From positions 1,920,001 through 1,984,000 of the forward strand of contig OZ241986.1 in the NCBI GenBank assembly GCA_965204375.1: 64,000 nucleotides of DNA, written 5' to 3'. Below, one piece after another: positions 36,983-47,138 of the stretch. The translations under genes and the position numbers were made by a program. How positions within the stretch are numbered: the first letter of the stretch is position 1; each line of letters opens with the position of its first letter. The DNA comes from Candidatus Latescibacterota bacterium (GTDB lineage: Bacteria > Latescibacterota > UBA2968). The notes below the pieces were generated by a model, which searched no databases, was not told where the DNA came from, and was given only the letters and a program-made list of their open reading frames with translations.

Positions 36983-38602
36983 ATGAGAAATATACACTTG
37001 CTACTTAGATTATTCACGTGCATCCCGATATTTTTCTATTTCGCCAGTCCAGTGATAGGCGAAGATGCTTCGCCCGATGTCCCATTAAACCATCCCGTGT
37101 ATCCCCTGTTAGATCGTCTGAATGCGCGAGGTTGGATCGCCGTGCCCGATACACGGCCCTTAACCCGGATACAAGTTGCACAGATACTCTCCGACGTATC
37201 AAATCAATCTATGTCGGCAACCGAGCGCGGCCTCGTCAACCGATATATCGCAGAATTGGAAAATCGCGCGGCTTTTGCACGCGAACCCCGATGGACATGG
37301 CGCGACTCTGCGGCATCCCTCATTCTCGAACCACTGGTGCGACAACAGGTGATTGTGCGCAGGGGCGATGGATTTGTGAACGAGACTGCGTCGCAAACCT
37401 ATATTGGCGGTTCTGTGCGTGGACAATTCCACACATTGGGATTTTATGCACGCCACTTTGAGGCCCGCGAATGGAGCGACCAACCGCGCCTTCGTCGAGA
37501 AGATGTGCTGGCTCACCCCATTGAAGATGTGCAACTCAAGGGCAAAAAGGCGGACTTCCGCGAAAGCGCGTTTCAACTCGCCTGGGCAAATTCCTGGATG
37601 CGTATAGATGCGGGCAAGGGAAGCCTGAATTGGGGACCTGGACGCACGGGAAATTTATTAATCTCCGACAACGCGCCATCTTATGGTCTGTTTCGGTTGC
37701 AGGCATCCCACGGGCGATTGCGCTATACGCACATCGCTTCATCGCTGCGCGCGCGTCCTGGCTCAATCGACACAACGCGACGGTGGATCGACAATGGGCA
37801 TGTGCGTATTTTTTTGCGGCAAAAGCGACTGGCCGCGCATCGACTGGAGATTGCTTTCTCAAAGGTGCGAATTGGGTTGCACGAAGCCGTGGTATATGGT
37901 GACCGGGGATTTGAGCTGCTCTACGTTTTGCCGGTCGCAGTATTTGCAGGAACGCAAAATCACCTGGGAAATCGCGACAATCTCGTGATTGGAGCCGATA
38001 TATCGGCTCGCATCCGGACGGGACTGACACTTTACGGCGCATGGTTTTTCGACGATATGGTCAAATTTGACCCCGATGCATTTTCCAATCAATTTGCCTT
38101 TCAAGTGGGCGCGTTCTGGGTTGATCCGATGGGCTTGCGAGATACTGATGTGCGCGCCGAATACGTGCGCGTGGAGCCTTATGTGTACGCGCACAATTTT
38201 GACATCAATACGTATGAACACTACGACACCCTGTTGGGCTATCCAACCGGGCCAAATGCAGACCGCTATTTTGCACAAGTAACACACCGCTTTTCTCCGA
38301 ACCTGAATGCGTCTTTAACTTTTGCGAGAGAGCGGCAGGGTGAAAATCCAGTAAATCCAGATGGAACAATTGTCAATGTAGGAGGCAATGCACAACTGGG
38401 GCGTCGGCTACAGGATGCACCCACGCGAGACTTTATGTCGGGCGATGTGGAGACATACCAAAGAATAGGTGGCCGCGTGGAATTTACACCCGTGAGAAAT
38501 TGGACTTTGCAGGTGCAGTATCAACACCATCGCATTATAACACAGCAAAATCGGGCAACGGGGCATGAGTGGACAGCGACAATGGATGTGAACTTCTATT
38601 GA
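36983..38602 (+). CDS. Capsule assembly Wzi-family outer-membrane protein
   Basis: Signal peptide; HPVYPLLDRL..RG, TRP.TR, WGPG..G.L..SDNAP, LGYP.GPNAD; terminal aromatic residue. Confidence 0.75.
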   Translation: MRNIHLLLRLFTCIPIFFYFASPVIGEDASPDVPLNHPVYPLLDRLNARGWIAVPDTRPLTRIQVAQILSDVSNQSMSATERGLVNRYIAELENRAAFAREPRWTWRDSAASLILEPLVRQQVIVRRGDGFVNETASQTYIGGSVRGQFHTLGFYARHFEAREWSDQPRLRREDVLAHPIEDVQLKGKKADFRESAFQLAWANSWMRIDAGKGSLNWGPGRTGNLLISDNAPSYGLFRLQASHGRLRYTHIASSLRARPGSIDTTRRWIDNGHVRIFLRQKRLAAHRLEIAFSKVRIGLHEAVVYGDRGFELLYVLPVAVFAGTQNHLGNRDNLVIGADISARIRTGLTLYGAWFFDDMVKFDPDAFSNQFAFQVGAFWVDPMGLRDTDVRAEYVRVEPYVYAHNFDINTYEHYDTLLGYPTGPNADRYFAQVTHRFSPNLNASLTFARERQGENPVNPDGTIVNVGGNAQLGRRLQDAPTRDFMSGDVETYQRIGGRVEFTPVRNWTLQVQYQHHRIITQQNRATGHEWTATMDVNFY

Positions 38603-38615
38603 TCGGAAAAGAGAA

Positions 38616-39809
38616 ATGAGTCATCGCCAGTGCCTGTGGGGCCTTCTCGCATTCGCATTATTACTGCGCGTAGGCTTTGGGTTGACGCAATCCGATTTGA
38701 CCAATGCATCTGATGAGGTACATTGGGATCGCCTGGGGCAGGCTTATGTCGCGCTGGGCATTTTGCACCCCGATACTGGAATGTACCGCCCCCCATTATA
38801 CGGCTTATTTCTGGCGGGCATGTATCACACATTTGGTCATAACCTCGTCCTGGTGCGGATTGTCCAGGCCATCATGGGCACAATCACATGCTATCTCATC
38901 TATGTTCTGGGATGTAAAATGGGCAAGGTCGCAGTCGGTTTGTTCGCTGCGGGTCTGTTCGCTATTTATCCGTTATTTGTATTTTTTTCTGGCGTATTGA
39001 TGGCCGAAACCCTTCTGATTTTGTTGACGACTATTAGCTTTGTGTCTTGTATTCAATTCTGGCAAAAGAGCACCGTCACAATGGCGATGGTATTTGGCGG
39101 CATTGTGGGGCTGTCCGCACTTTGCAAGCCCGTTTTATTGCCCTGGCTGCCACCTGTCCTCTTTTTCTGGTGGCGAAAATCGCGTCTAACACCTGTACAA
39201 AAAACATCGCGTGTACTAACTGTAATTGGCGCACTCGGCCTGATTATTCTGCCGTGGACAGCGCGCAACCATATCATCTCAGGCGAATTTGTTCCCATCT
39301 CGACCAATTTGGGGATCAACTTGCTCGTGGGAGCACACCCCGAGGGACGCGGCGTTTACGATAATCACATCGATTATCTGACACTTTATCACACACTGGC
39401 CGACACATCTCAGGGTGCGGCCGCCGACCGCCGCGTCGCGGGCATTGTGATAGAGTGGATAATCGCGCAACCACTGCACTATCTGAGTTTGAGCATTGAC
39501 AAACTGCTCTATTTTTGGTGTCCCTGGATTCCGGGAGAGCCGCCATTATACAACGCAATTGCCGTGCTTTCCTGTACCCCACTCCTGATACTGGGGCTTG
39601 TCGGCACATTTAGCCAACGCCGAAGACCGGAAGGTCTGGCACTTATTCTCCTGATAATTTGCATGTCATTATTGCACATGGTATTCTTTGCCCATACGCG
39701 TTTTCGGCTACCCATTGACGCGGTTTTGTGCGCGTCTGCGGCCTGGGTATGTGTACAGTGGATCAACCGAATAGGACGCAAGCGTGATACTTCGAGAAGA
39801 CTTTTTTGA
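38616..39809 (+). CDS. ArnT/GT39-like membrane glycosyltransferase (GT-C)
   Basis: SDE..W..LG, YRPPLY..FLA, MAETL, PWTARN, STN.G.NL..G, RFRLP. Confidence 0.8.
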   Translation: MSHRQCLWGLLAFALLLRVGFGLTQSDLTNASDEVHWDRLGQAYVALGILHPDTGMYRPPLYGLFLAGMYHTFGHNLVLVRIVQAIMGTITCYLIYVLGCKMGKVAVGLFAAGLFAIYPLFVFFSGVLMAETLLILLTTISFVSCIQFWQKSTVTMAMVFGGIVGLSALCKPVLLPWLPPVLFFWWRKSRLTPVQKTSRVLTVIGALGLIILPWTARNHIISGEFVPISTNLGINLLVGAHPEGRGVYDNHIDYLTLYHTLADTSQGAAADRRVAGIVIEWIIAQPLHYLSLSIDKLLYFWCPWIPGEPPLYNAIAVLSCTPLLILGLVGTFSQRRRPEGLALILLIICMSLLHMVFFAHTRFRLPIDAVLCASAAWVCVQWINRIGRKRDTSRRLF

Positions 39810-41178
39810 CCCTGCAAAACCTCACCTGTTGTTCCTGGTGTGTTTGGGGCAGGTCCTGTTAATTGCACTACCATTTTTGGTAAATGACGCGCTTGCGGCG
39901 ATTCTTGTTCTGAGCTTGTTGTCGGCAATCGCGCTTTTTGGCTCTCTCACGCTGTCAGTGCTCTATTTGTGTTTCACCGCTGCGATTGTGCCTTCCTGGT
40001 TTTATGAAGACTACCTGATCTTGCCTCTGGACTTCAAATTCTATGAAGGTCTTCTCGTCGTGGTAATAGGCATTGCCTATCTCAACTATTTGTTGGAAGG
40101 CCGATGGAACTGGCGACGGCATACGTTTTTGGATCGACCAATGTGCGTATTGCTGGGGCTGGTCGTATTTTCATGCTTGTTGGGGTTGATCTACGGACAG
40201 TCAATCTCGCAAATGTTGCGCGATGTGCGCTATCCATTGTACTACACGTTGTTTTTTGTGGTGACGTGGTTTTTTGATGTGCGGCGGTTCTCCACATTCC
40301 TGCATTTATTTTTGCTCATCGCCGCAATTGTCGGCATCGAGTATTTGTTTGAATTTCTTTTGCAGGTCGATACAGACATTGCGGGCGGTTTTGTTCGGGT
40401 CGCACGGCTCGAAGGCATTGTGTTGCCGATGGGCATGCTCATTATTGCCGCTATTTTATTATTTGAAACGCGGACGTACAGGCGTGCCTGGGCGTGGAGC
40501 GCGATATTGCCCATCGGATTAGCTCTGGTTTTGACAATGGGCCGAGGCATGTGGATTTCGCTATTCGTCGGACTGGGTAGCTTGGCCGCATTGACCTTCT
40601 TGGATAAGCAGGCGGCACCTCGACGCATGTCGCGTCTTATTGTCGTGGCACTGGTCCCCCTGCTACTGCTGGCGATGGGTTATATTTTTCAGCAACAAAC
40701 CCGCGCTGCCGTTAGCGACATAGCACTGGACCGCGTGACGCGCAGCGTCGAAGCCGTAAGTGGGCGGTTGATATCTTATGGCAATGCACTGGAAAAAATT
40801 CGTCAACGTCCTTTGCTCGGCGGCGGACACGGTGAAACTGTGACATCTCTGGTGACATTTCCGCCGCCGCCAGAGATATTGACAGTGGGCGCAGTTGACA
40901 ATGTTTATCTGACAATTGGAATGCGAATGGGGCTGGTCGGCGTCGTGGCGTTTTTGTGGGTCTTTGGTTTTGCCCTCTGGCGTTCATATCTATTATTCCA
41001 GCAAAGTTCTGATACCCGCGTGCGTCTGTTTTGCGCGGCATTTATCGCCATTTACGCTGCCCTCCTCGTCTATGGCATGGCAGATGCAACCCTCTTTGCC
41101 AATCGGTTGATCTTTATCCATGCGACATTTTTGGGACTTATTGCGCGGCTGGTAGCAGAGGAAAAAAATAATGCCTGA
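39784..41178 (+). CDS. O-antigen ligase/polymerase family (Wzy_C)
   Basis: LTMGRGMW, R......A...I.QRPLLGGG.G, DNVYL....RMGLVG; multi-TM. Confidence 0.8.
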   Translation: MILREDFFDPAKPHLLFLVCLGQVLLIALPFLVNDALAAILVLSLLSAIALFGSLTLSVLYLCFTAAIVPSWFYEDYLILPLDFKFYEGLLVVVIGIAYLNYLLEGRWNWRRHTFLDRPMCVLLGLVVFSCLLGLIYGQSISQMLRDVRYPLYYTLFFVVTWFFDVRRFSTFLHLFLLIAAIVGIEYLFEFLLQVDTDIAGGFVRVARLEGIVLPMGMLIIAAILLFETRTYRRAWAWSAILPIGLALVLTMGRGMWISLFVGLGSLAALTFLDKQAAPRRMSRLIVVALVPLLLLAMGYIFQQQTRAAVSDIALDRVTRSVEAVSGRLISYGNALEKIRQRPLLGGGHGETVTSLVTFPPPPEILTVGAVDNVYLTIGMRMGLVGVVAFLWVFGFALWRSYLLFQQSSDTRVRLFCAAFIAIYAALLVYGMADATLFANRLIFIHATFLGLIARLVAEEKNNA

Positions 41179-42091
41179 ATGTGTGACAGCAATAGTGGTC
41201 AACTGGAATGCCGGAGAAAATCTGGCACAGTGCATTGCCGCATTAATCAATCAAGAAGGAATAGATCTCGATGTGGTCGTAGTCGATAACGCATCGTCTG
41301 ACAACAGCCTGGAGACATTGGAAACTTATGGTGATCGCGTGCGCGTGATTCAAACCGGCGCAAATCTGGGATTTGGGCGTGCCGTGAACCGCGGCGTAGC
41401 TGTCTCGCACAGCGCGATTGTCGTAGCCTTAAATCCCGATGTCGTGTTACAACCAGATGCGGTGAATACAATGGTCGAATTTTTGAACACACACGCCAAT
41501 GTGGGCATGGTGGGTCCGAAGCTTAAAGACGCGGATGGACGGGTGATCGCCTCTTGCGGTGAAGCACCCAGACTCAGAGATGAAATCTGTCGTAAATTCC
41601 TATTGCATCTAATATTTCCATTGCTTAAATTTCGGCGACGAAGGCCCTCCAAACCCGAAGCTGTCGTCTGGGTAACCGGAGCGTGTTTCGCGGTTCGTCG
41701 CCGCGCGCTGGATGCTGTCAACGGGTTGGACGAGGCCATTTTTATGTATTACGAAGATGTAGATCTCGGCCTGTGCATCAACAGTGCTGGCTGGCAGGTC
41801 ATGTATTTGCCCCACGCCGAAGGCATACACATCGGGGGCGAAAGTTCCAAACAGGCATTGACGCGGATGCTCGTGGTCAGTGAAGCGTCTTATGCCTATT
41901 TTATTGCCAAACACCTGGGGCAATGGGCCGCGCGCTTGCTCAGGCTCCTCCGTCCCATTGAAATGACATTGCGAACATTGCTCTGGGGAAGTGTATTTTT
42001 ACTCGCCTACAGCCGTCGCACAGAGGCGCGAGCGCGTTTGCGGGCTTACTGGTTTATCCTAACTCACGGTGCTGTGGAGGAAGGTCCATGA
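41171..42091 (+). CDS. GT2 glycosyltransferase (rhamnosyltransferase-like)
   Basis: IVVNWN, VVDNASSD, NLGFGRAVNRG, LNPD, WVTGAC, DEAIFMYYEDVDL. Confidence 0.92.
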   Translation: MPECVTAIVVNWNAGENLAQCIAALINQEGIDLDVVVVDNASSDNSLETLETYGDRVRVIQTGANLGFGRAVNRGVAVSHSAIVVALNPDVVLQPDAVNTMVEFLNTHANVGMVGPKLKDADGRVIASCGEAPRLRDEICRKFLLHLIFPLLKFRRRRPSKPEAVVWVTGACFAVRRRALDAVNGLDEAIFMYYEDVDLGLCINSAGWQVMYLPHAEGIHIGGESSKQALTRMLVVSEASYAYFIAKHLGQWAARLLRLLRPIEMTLRTLLWGSVFLLAYSRRTEARARLRAYWFILTHGAVEEGP

Positions 42092-43200
42092 TTCCCATTT
42101 TTCGTCCCTGGTTTGACGACGCAGAAGTCGAAGCTGTCCGCGAGGTATTGATGTCCGGTTGGGTTGGTCCCGGGGAAAAAGTCGAAGAACTCGAAACGCG
42201 ATTTGCCCATTATGTGGGGGCACAACACGCGGTATCTCTCAACTCGTGCTCTGCAGCCCTTCTATTGGCTTTGAAGATACTGGATGTAGAGGGAGGCGAG
42301 GTCATTACCACACCGCTGACCTTTGTCTCGACCAATCACGCAATTTTGCAAAACGGAGCCACGCCAGTGTTTTGCGACATCGATCCCGAAACACTCAATA
42401 TCGATCCAAAAGCAATTGCCGCTAAAATCACGGCACGCACCCGAGCGATTATGGTGGTGCATTTTGCCGGGCACCCTTGCGACATGGATGAGATTCTATC
42501 CCTCGCAAACCAGCGCGGAATCCCGGTTATAGAAGACGCCGCCCATGCCAGCGGCGCGCGTTACAAAGATCGGATGATCGGCGGTGTAGGCACAGTGACG
42601 TGTTTTAGTTTTGACGCACGCAAAAATTTGTCAACCTGTGACGGTGGAATGTTGACCACCAATAATTCAGACCTCGCCGAACGCGCGCGAAAATTGCGCT
42701 GGATGGGCATTTCGCGCGGCACTTATGATCGTTTTCGAAAAAATGGCGCAGAGCGCCGATGGGAATACGAAGTGGGCGAACTCGGCTATAAATGCTATAT
42801 GAACGATCTCAATGCGGCAATTGGGCTGGTGCAATTGGGCAAATTGGAGTCAGCCAATGCACAACGTCGAGAGATTTTTTTGGAATACGGACGTGCATTT
42901 GCCGCCCTCGACTGGATGCAAACACCTGTAGAAAAACCCCATGTTCGCAGTGCAATGCACGCTTATGTGGCACGCGTGTCCCAACGCGATGAATTGATAG
43001 ATCATCTGGGGCAACACAACATCGATGCGGGCGTACACTACAAACCCTGCCATTTATTTGAAGTGTACAAACCCTATCGCACAGACTTGCCTGTCACCGA
43101 TGCCGTGTGGCGCGATCTGATCACGCTGCCCCTATTTCCAAGCATGACCGAAAACGAAATTGGACAAGTCATCGCAGCAGTAAAGAAGTTTGAAGTCTGA
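42088..43200 (+). CDS. DegT/DnrJ/EryC1/StrS sugar aminotransferase
   Basis: SGWVGPG..V..LE, TTPLTFVST, VHFAGHPCDMD, IEDAAHA, FSFDARKNL..DGGML. Confidence 0.93.
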   Translation: MIPIFRPWFDDAEVEAVREVLMSGWVGPGEKVEELETRFAHYVGAQHAVSLNSCSAALLLALKILDVEGGEVITTPLTFVSTNHAILQNGATPVFCDIDPETLNIDPKAIAAKITARTRAIMVVHFAGHPCDMDEILSLANQRGIPVIEDAAHASGARYKDRMIGGVGTVTCFSFDARKNLSTCDGGMLTTNNSDLAERARKLRWMGISRGTYDRFRKNGAERRWEYEVGELGYKCYMNDLNAAIGLVQLGKLESANAQRREIFLEYGRAFAALDWMQTPVEKPHVRSAMHAYVARVSQRDELIDHLGQHNIDAGVHYKPCHLFEVYKPYRTDLPVTDAVWRDLITLPLFPSMTENEIGQVIAAVKKFEV

Positions 43201-43255
43201 AGTTTGAAATCCACCCTTCACCGCCCGAGACTGTTGCCTCACCCTTCACACTTCT

Positions 43256-44848
43256 ATGACGCCTGTTATCTTATTCGGTATTACCGCGGTTTTAGCGGCT
43301 TTATTCACGGCGGTTGTGCGTATAATTGCGCGCCGTTTTGCTGCACCCGACGCGCCTGTTTCAACTCTGGGCGGTACAGCTTTGCTGGCCGCTCTTTTTT
43401 GTGGCTTTTGGTTTTTGCCCCAGCCCCCTTTGGGCCTCGTCATCGGTGCTGTAGGAATGGCACTCATCGGCATTTTAGACGACTGGAAGCCTTTTGCACC
43501 GCTGCACAAATTTGCGTTGACCCTTGTAGCTGCAGGCATTGCCGCCTGGCTCGGCCCGCGTATCCATCTCACAAATATTATCTGGATAGATGGATCCCTG
43601 ACTGCGTTGTGGATGGTCTGGATGTGCCATGCATTCAATGTTCTGGACATGGAAGACGGTCTTTCCTCAGGTAGTGGAACCATTGCTTCGCTGAGTTTGT
43701 GGGTGATAAATGCAGGCGATTGGGCACTCGTAACAGCGGGTGCACTCACGGGGTATTTGCTACACAATTTTCATCCCGCCCGCATCCTGATGGGCGACAC
43801 CGGAAGCCTGTTAATTGGCTTTTTGCTCAGTAGTATGGCTGTAGTTGTCGCAAATCATATTGGCGGTCTCCTGGGCGTTATCGGACCTTTGATCGCCTTG
43901 GGATTACCCATCTTTGAAGCAGTATTTATCAGTGCGGTCCGATTTGCCAAAGGCCGGTCCATTGTCCGACCCAGCCGGGATCACGTTGCACAGCGGTTGG
44001 TACAATGGGGACTACCAGTGCGTGCAGCAGTCGCTCTGATGTGGCTGACAGGCGTAATTTTGGGTACTCTGGCTCTCGTGTTCGCGTTAGGACATTGGAT
44101 TAGTTTGGTTGGCGTTGCGTGCCTCGCCATTGGTGCGTGGAAGGGATTGTCGCGTGTAGATATGGAAAGCGATGGATGCGATGGACGCCCGGTCGGCCTA
44201 TTTGGCAAAAACTGGTTGATTCACCGCATAATGCGTCAGACAATGGACGAAGTAAAGGAGATGGTGAATGGAAAATTGCTGGATGTGGGGTGTGGCAATA
44301 AACCCTATGCCAGTATTTTTGAGGCACCCGAGCAACAATACATCGGTCTGGAAAAAGGGCGCGAACGATATGAACGCGCCGACGTGTGGGGCGATGTATT
44401 GGCCCTCCCCTTCCGCGATGGAACTTGCGGTACCGTGTTGTGCAATCAGGTCCTGGAACATGTGCCGCAGCCCCAATTGGCGATTGACGAAATGGCGCGC
44501 GTATTGCGACCGGGTGGCTATTTAATTCTCACCGCACCCCATATTTGGGGCTTGCACGAAGTCCCCCACGATTATTTTCGCTTTACGCCCTATGGCTTGC
44601 GCCATCTCGCTGAGAAATCGGGCCTGACGGTCCATACAACGCGCGCACTTGCGGGATTTTGGGTCACAGCCGGGACGCGATTCTGTTATTATCTGGCGCG
44701 TTTTGAACGCGGTCCTCTAATCCCCTTTGTGCGCATTGGATTTTTTATCGTCCAACTCGGTGCTCTATTTTTAGATCGCTTGCACCGCGTGGAGAGCGAG
44801 GCGTGGAATTTTTTGCTCATCGCACAAAAGGACTTATCCCATGAGTGA
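43256..44848 (+). CDS. MraY/WecA-like polyprenyl-phosphate sugar-1-phosphate transferase fused to a class I SAM methyltransferase
   Basis: GILDD, FNVLDMEDGL, NFHPARILMGDTGS, DHVAQRL; then LLDVGCGNKPY, LPFRD, QVLEHV, RVLRPGG, HEVPHDYFRFT. Confidence 0.85.
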   Translation: MTPVILFGITAVLAALFTAVVRIIARRFAAPDAPVSTLGGTALLAALFCGFWFLPQPPLGLVIGAVGMALIGILDDWKPFAPLHKFALTLVAAGIAAWLGPRIHLTNIIWIDGSLTALWMVWMCHAFNVLDMEDGLSSGSGTIASLSLWVINAGDWALVTAGALTGYLLHNFHPARILMGDTGSLLIGFLLSSMAVVVANHIGGLLGVIGPLIALGLPIFEAVFISAVRFAKGRSIVRPSRDHVAQRLVQWGLPVRAAVALMWLTGVILGTLALVFALGHWISLVGVACLAIGAWKGLSRVDMESDGCDGRPVGLFGKNWLIHRIMRQTMDEVKEMVNGKLLDVGCGNKPYASIFEAPEQQYIGLEKGRERYERADVWGDVLALPFRDGTCGTVLCNQVLEHVPQPQLAIDEMARVLRPGGYLILTAPHIWGLHEVPHDYFRFTPYGLRHLAEKSGLTVHTTRALAGFWVTAGTRFCYYLARFERGPLIPFVRIGFFIVQLGALFLDRLHRVESEAWNFLLIAQKDLSHE

Positions 44849-46964
44849 TTTTATCGCGTCCATCAAAGCCGATTTTAATAAGTGGGCCCCAGTTATACAC
44901 CAGGCGATTGTGAAGCACTATTTCACATCTATCATCATACTGGTCATCTTATTTGCATTTATCCTTCGATATTTCCAACTAAACGTCGGTTTGCCCTATT
45001 TGTATTTCTGGGATGAACCACTCACGGCCAGCAACGCGCTTCAGATGATAAAAACGGGGGATTACAACCCCCATTTTTTTAAGTACGGTTCTCTGATGAT
45101 TTATTTGAACCTGCTGATCGATCAGTTATACCGTATTTATCTCACAGGCGACTTGGCAAGCGTAGCAAATATACGCATTGAAGCCGACACCGGTTGGCAC
45201 TGGACGATATCTCATCCGAGCTTTTATTTTTGGAATCGTTTTTTGACCGCCACAATGGGCACCGCAACAGTATTTATCACATATTTAATTAGCAGGTCGA
45301 TATGCAACAGATGGACGGGCATCATATCGGCCTTTTTTTTGTCTATTCTCCCGATCCACATAGTTCATTCGGGTTTTGTAACAATGGACGCGCCAGTCGC
45401 CCTGTTTGTCTCGTTTGTCGCCCTATTCTCCATTTTGTTTATCGCAGAAAAAGAAATCATCTATTTCATATTGAGTTTAATATGTGTCGGATTTGCCACA
45501 GCGACAAAATACAATTCGGGCCTGGTAATTTTGCTCCCCATTGCATCGCTAATTTGGATGTCTTATCGGGATGGAATCCCGCGCCAAAAATTTTATTGGC
45601 TCGCGCTCGCGGTTCCATGCCTGCCTGCAGTGACCTTCTTTCTCTCTATGCCCTATGCAATTCTCGACTTCCCAAATTTTATTAAGGATGTCTTACACCA
45701 GATTAATTACTACAAAACCACGGGACACCCCGGCGCAACAATCAACCTTGGATGGGATTATTTTGCATTTCAGATGCGAGAATTTTACCAAAACATTGGG
45801 CTGATAGGCACCATCCTGTTTGCAATCGGTCTGGCAGGAACAATTTCCCGGCCCGCATTGCTCCTGATCTTATTATTCCCTGTGAGTTATCTTGTATTTA
45901 TGAGCGGTATGACCGTCAACTTTCACAGAAATTTTATACAGGTGTATCCATTTATCGCCATCTTTACCGGTGTTGCATTTTACAATCTGCAGGCGGCATT
46001 GAAGCGCTTTTATCCAAACCTCAAAAAGCCAATTCCGATTATATGTCTCGCAGCCGCGCTCGTTTTACTGCCGCGAGCTTATGACGCCTATCAAACGGGC
46101 AGGGTATTGCACAACACCAGAGATACCAGAAGCACAGTCATAGATACGCTCAACGCAATGGAAGATGTACAAGAAGTCGTCTTTGCCAGAGAACTACGGG
46201 TTCACGAACAAGACCTCGACAGATTAAAATACGACTATGCGATACAGCCCATCGAAATAATGAGCGCAGAACAAAATAGGGATGGCGTACACTATGTCTT
46301 GCCAGCCAAAATATCTCAGATTTACACTTATCACCAGGAGGAAATACAGACCAAACAAGCAATCATCGACAAAATCCCTGGCGAACATATTCTGCAATAC
46401 ATCAACAACAATTACATCGGTCAAAATATTGGAAAGGATTACATCAAACAAAATGCCGCAACCATGCTCGATGTATTTTCCACGAGTCCCTCGCTGATCA
46501 TCGCAAATCAGATACCGCACGAACCGTTGCATCCCAGCACTATTGCATTTGACACCTGCAAGCTATCTCCCACAGGCGTACAAATCAACATCCGCAATAC
46601 CGCAACACTCCGCGATGGCGTCATAACAACCCCGGCTTACGACCTGAAACGCGGGAAATACCTGTTCACATTTCAAGCAAATAAACCTGCGGCACCAGAA
46701 CGCTCCCAGAGCTTTATTTTTGGAGAATACGAAGCAAGCATCACCGTAAAACGCCTGAGTGCATTCCGCGAACAGGCGAGCATCAGAGTTTCGATCTTTG
46801 CGGACCAGACACTCTTAATACAACAAATATTCATCCCCCCAAAGAACTTCGCTCAAATGGACGCCTTTTTTTCGATCGAAAAAAACCAGCGCGTTTCAGT
46901 CAAAATAGAAAATCTCCATCCTGTAGAAACAACGGTTAAGCAACTGAAAATTTTGGCTTTGTAA
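44841..46964 (+). CDS. ArnT/PMT-like membrane glycosyltransferase with soluble C-terminal domain
   Basis: GLPY...WDEP, YNPHFFKYGS, HS.F.T.D, ATKYN, PYAILD. Confidence 0.8.
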   Translation: MSDFIASIKADFNKWAPVIHQAIVKHYFTSIIILVILFAFILRYFQLNVGLPYLYFWDEPLTASNALQMIKTGDYNPHFFKYGSLMIYLNLLIDQLYRIYLTGDLASVANIRIEADTGWHWTISHPSFYFWNRFLTATMGTATVFITYLISRSICNRWTGIISAFFLSILPIHIVHSGFVTMDAPVALFVSFVALFSILFIAEKEIIYFILSLICVGFATATKYNSGLVILLPIASLIWMSYRDGIPRQKFYWLALAVPCLPAVTFFLSMPYAILDFPNFIKDVLHQINYYKTTGHPGATINLGWDYFAFQMREFYQNIGLIGTILFAIGLAGTISRPALLLILLFPVSYLVFMSGMTVNFHRNFIQVYPFIAIFTGVAFYNLQAALKRFYPNLKKPIPIICLAAALVLLPRAYDAYQTGRVLHNTRDTRSTVIDTLNAMEDVQEVVFARELRVHEQDLDRLKYDYAIQPIEIMSAEQNRDGVHYVLPAKISQIYTYHQEEIQTKQAIIDKIPGEHILQYINNNYIGQNIGKDYIKQNAATMLDVFSTSPSLIIANQIPHEPLHPSTIAFDTCKLSPTGVQINIRNTATLRDGVITTPAYDLKRGKYLFTFQANKPAAPERSQSFIFGEYEASITVKRLSAFREQASIRVSIFADQTLLIQQIFIPPKNFAQMDAFFSIEKNQRVSVKIENLHPVETTVKQLKILAL

Positions 46965-46992
46965 AATTTTCAAACTGTTGTAAAAATTCACA
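46960..46992 (+). promoter_or_regulatory. Candidate enhancer-binding-protein sites
   Basis: Tandem TGTAAAATTTTCAAA and TGTAAAAATTCACA about 90-120 bp upstream of a sigma54 motif. Confidence 0.45.
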
Positions 46993-47078
46993 CCTGTGCC
47001 ATAGCGTCACATATCCCGCCTTTTTTATATTGATTATATCCTATTGTAATTAAACAACTTAAAATAATTCATCCCAAT

Positions 47079-47094
47079 TGGCACGCTATTTGCA
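47079..47094 (+). promoter_or_regulatory. sigma54 (-24/-12) promoter
   Basis: TGGCAC-GCTAT-TTGCA, an exact match to TGGCAC-N5-TTGCW, 45 nt before the COG3014 gene. Confidence 0.8.
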
Positions 47095-47138
47095 TAACAC
47101 TTTTACCGCACGCAAAAACCTCAACGGAGAAAAGTGCG

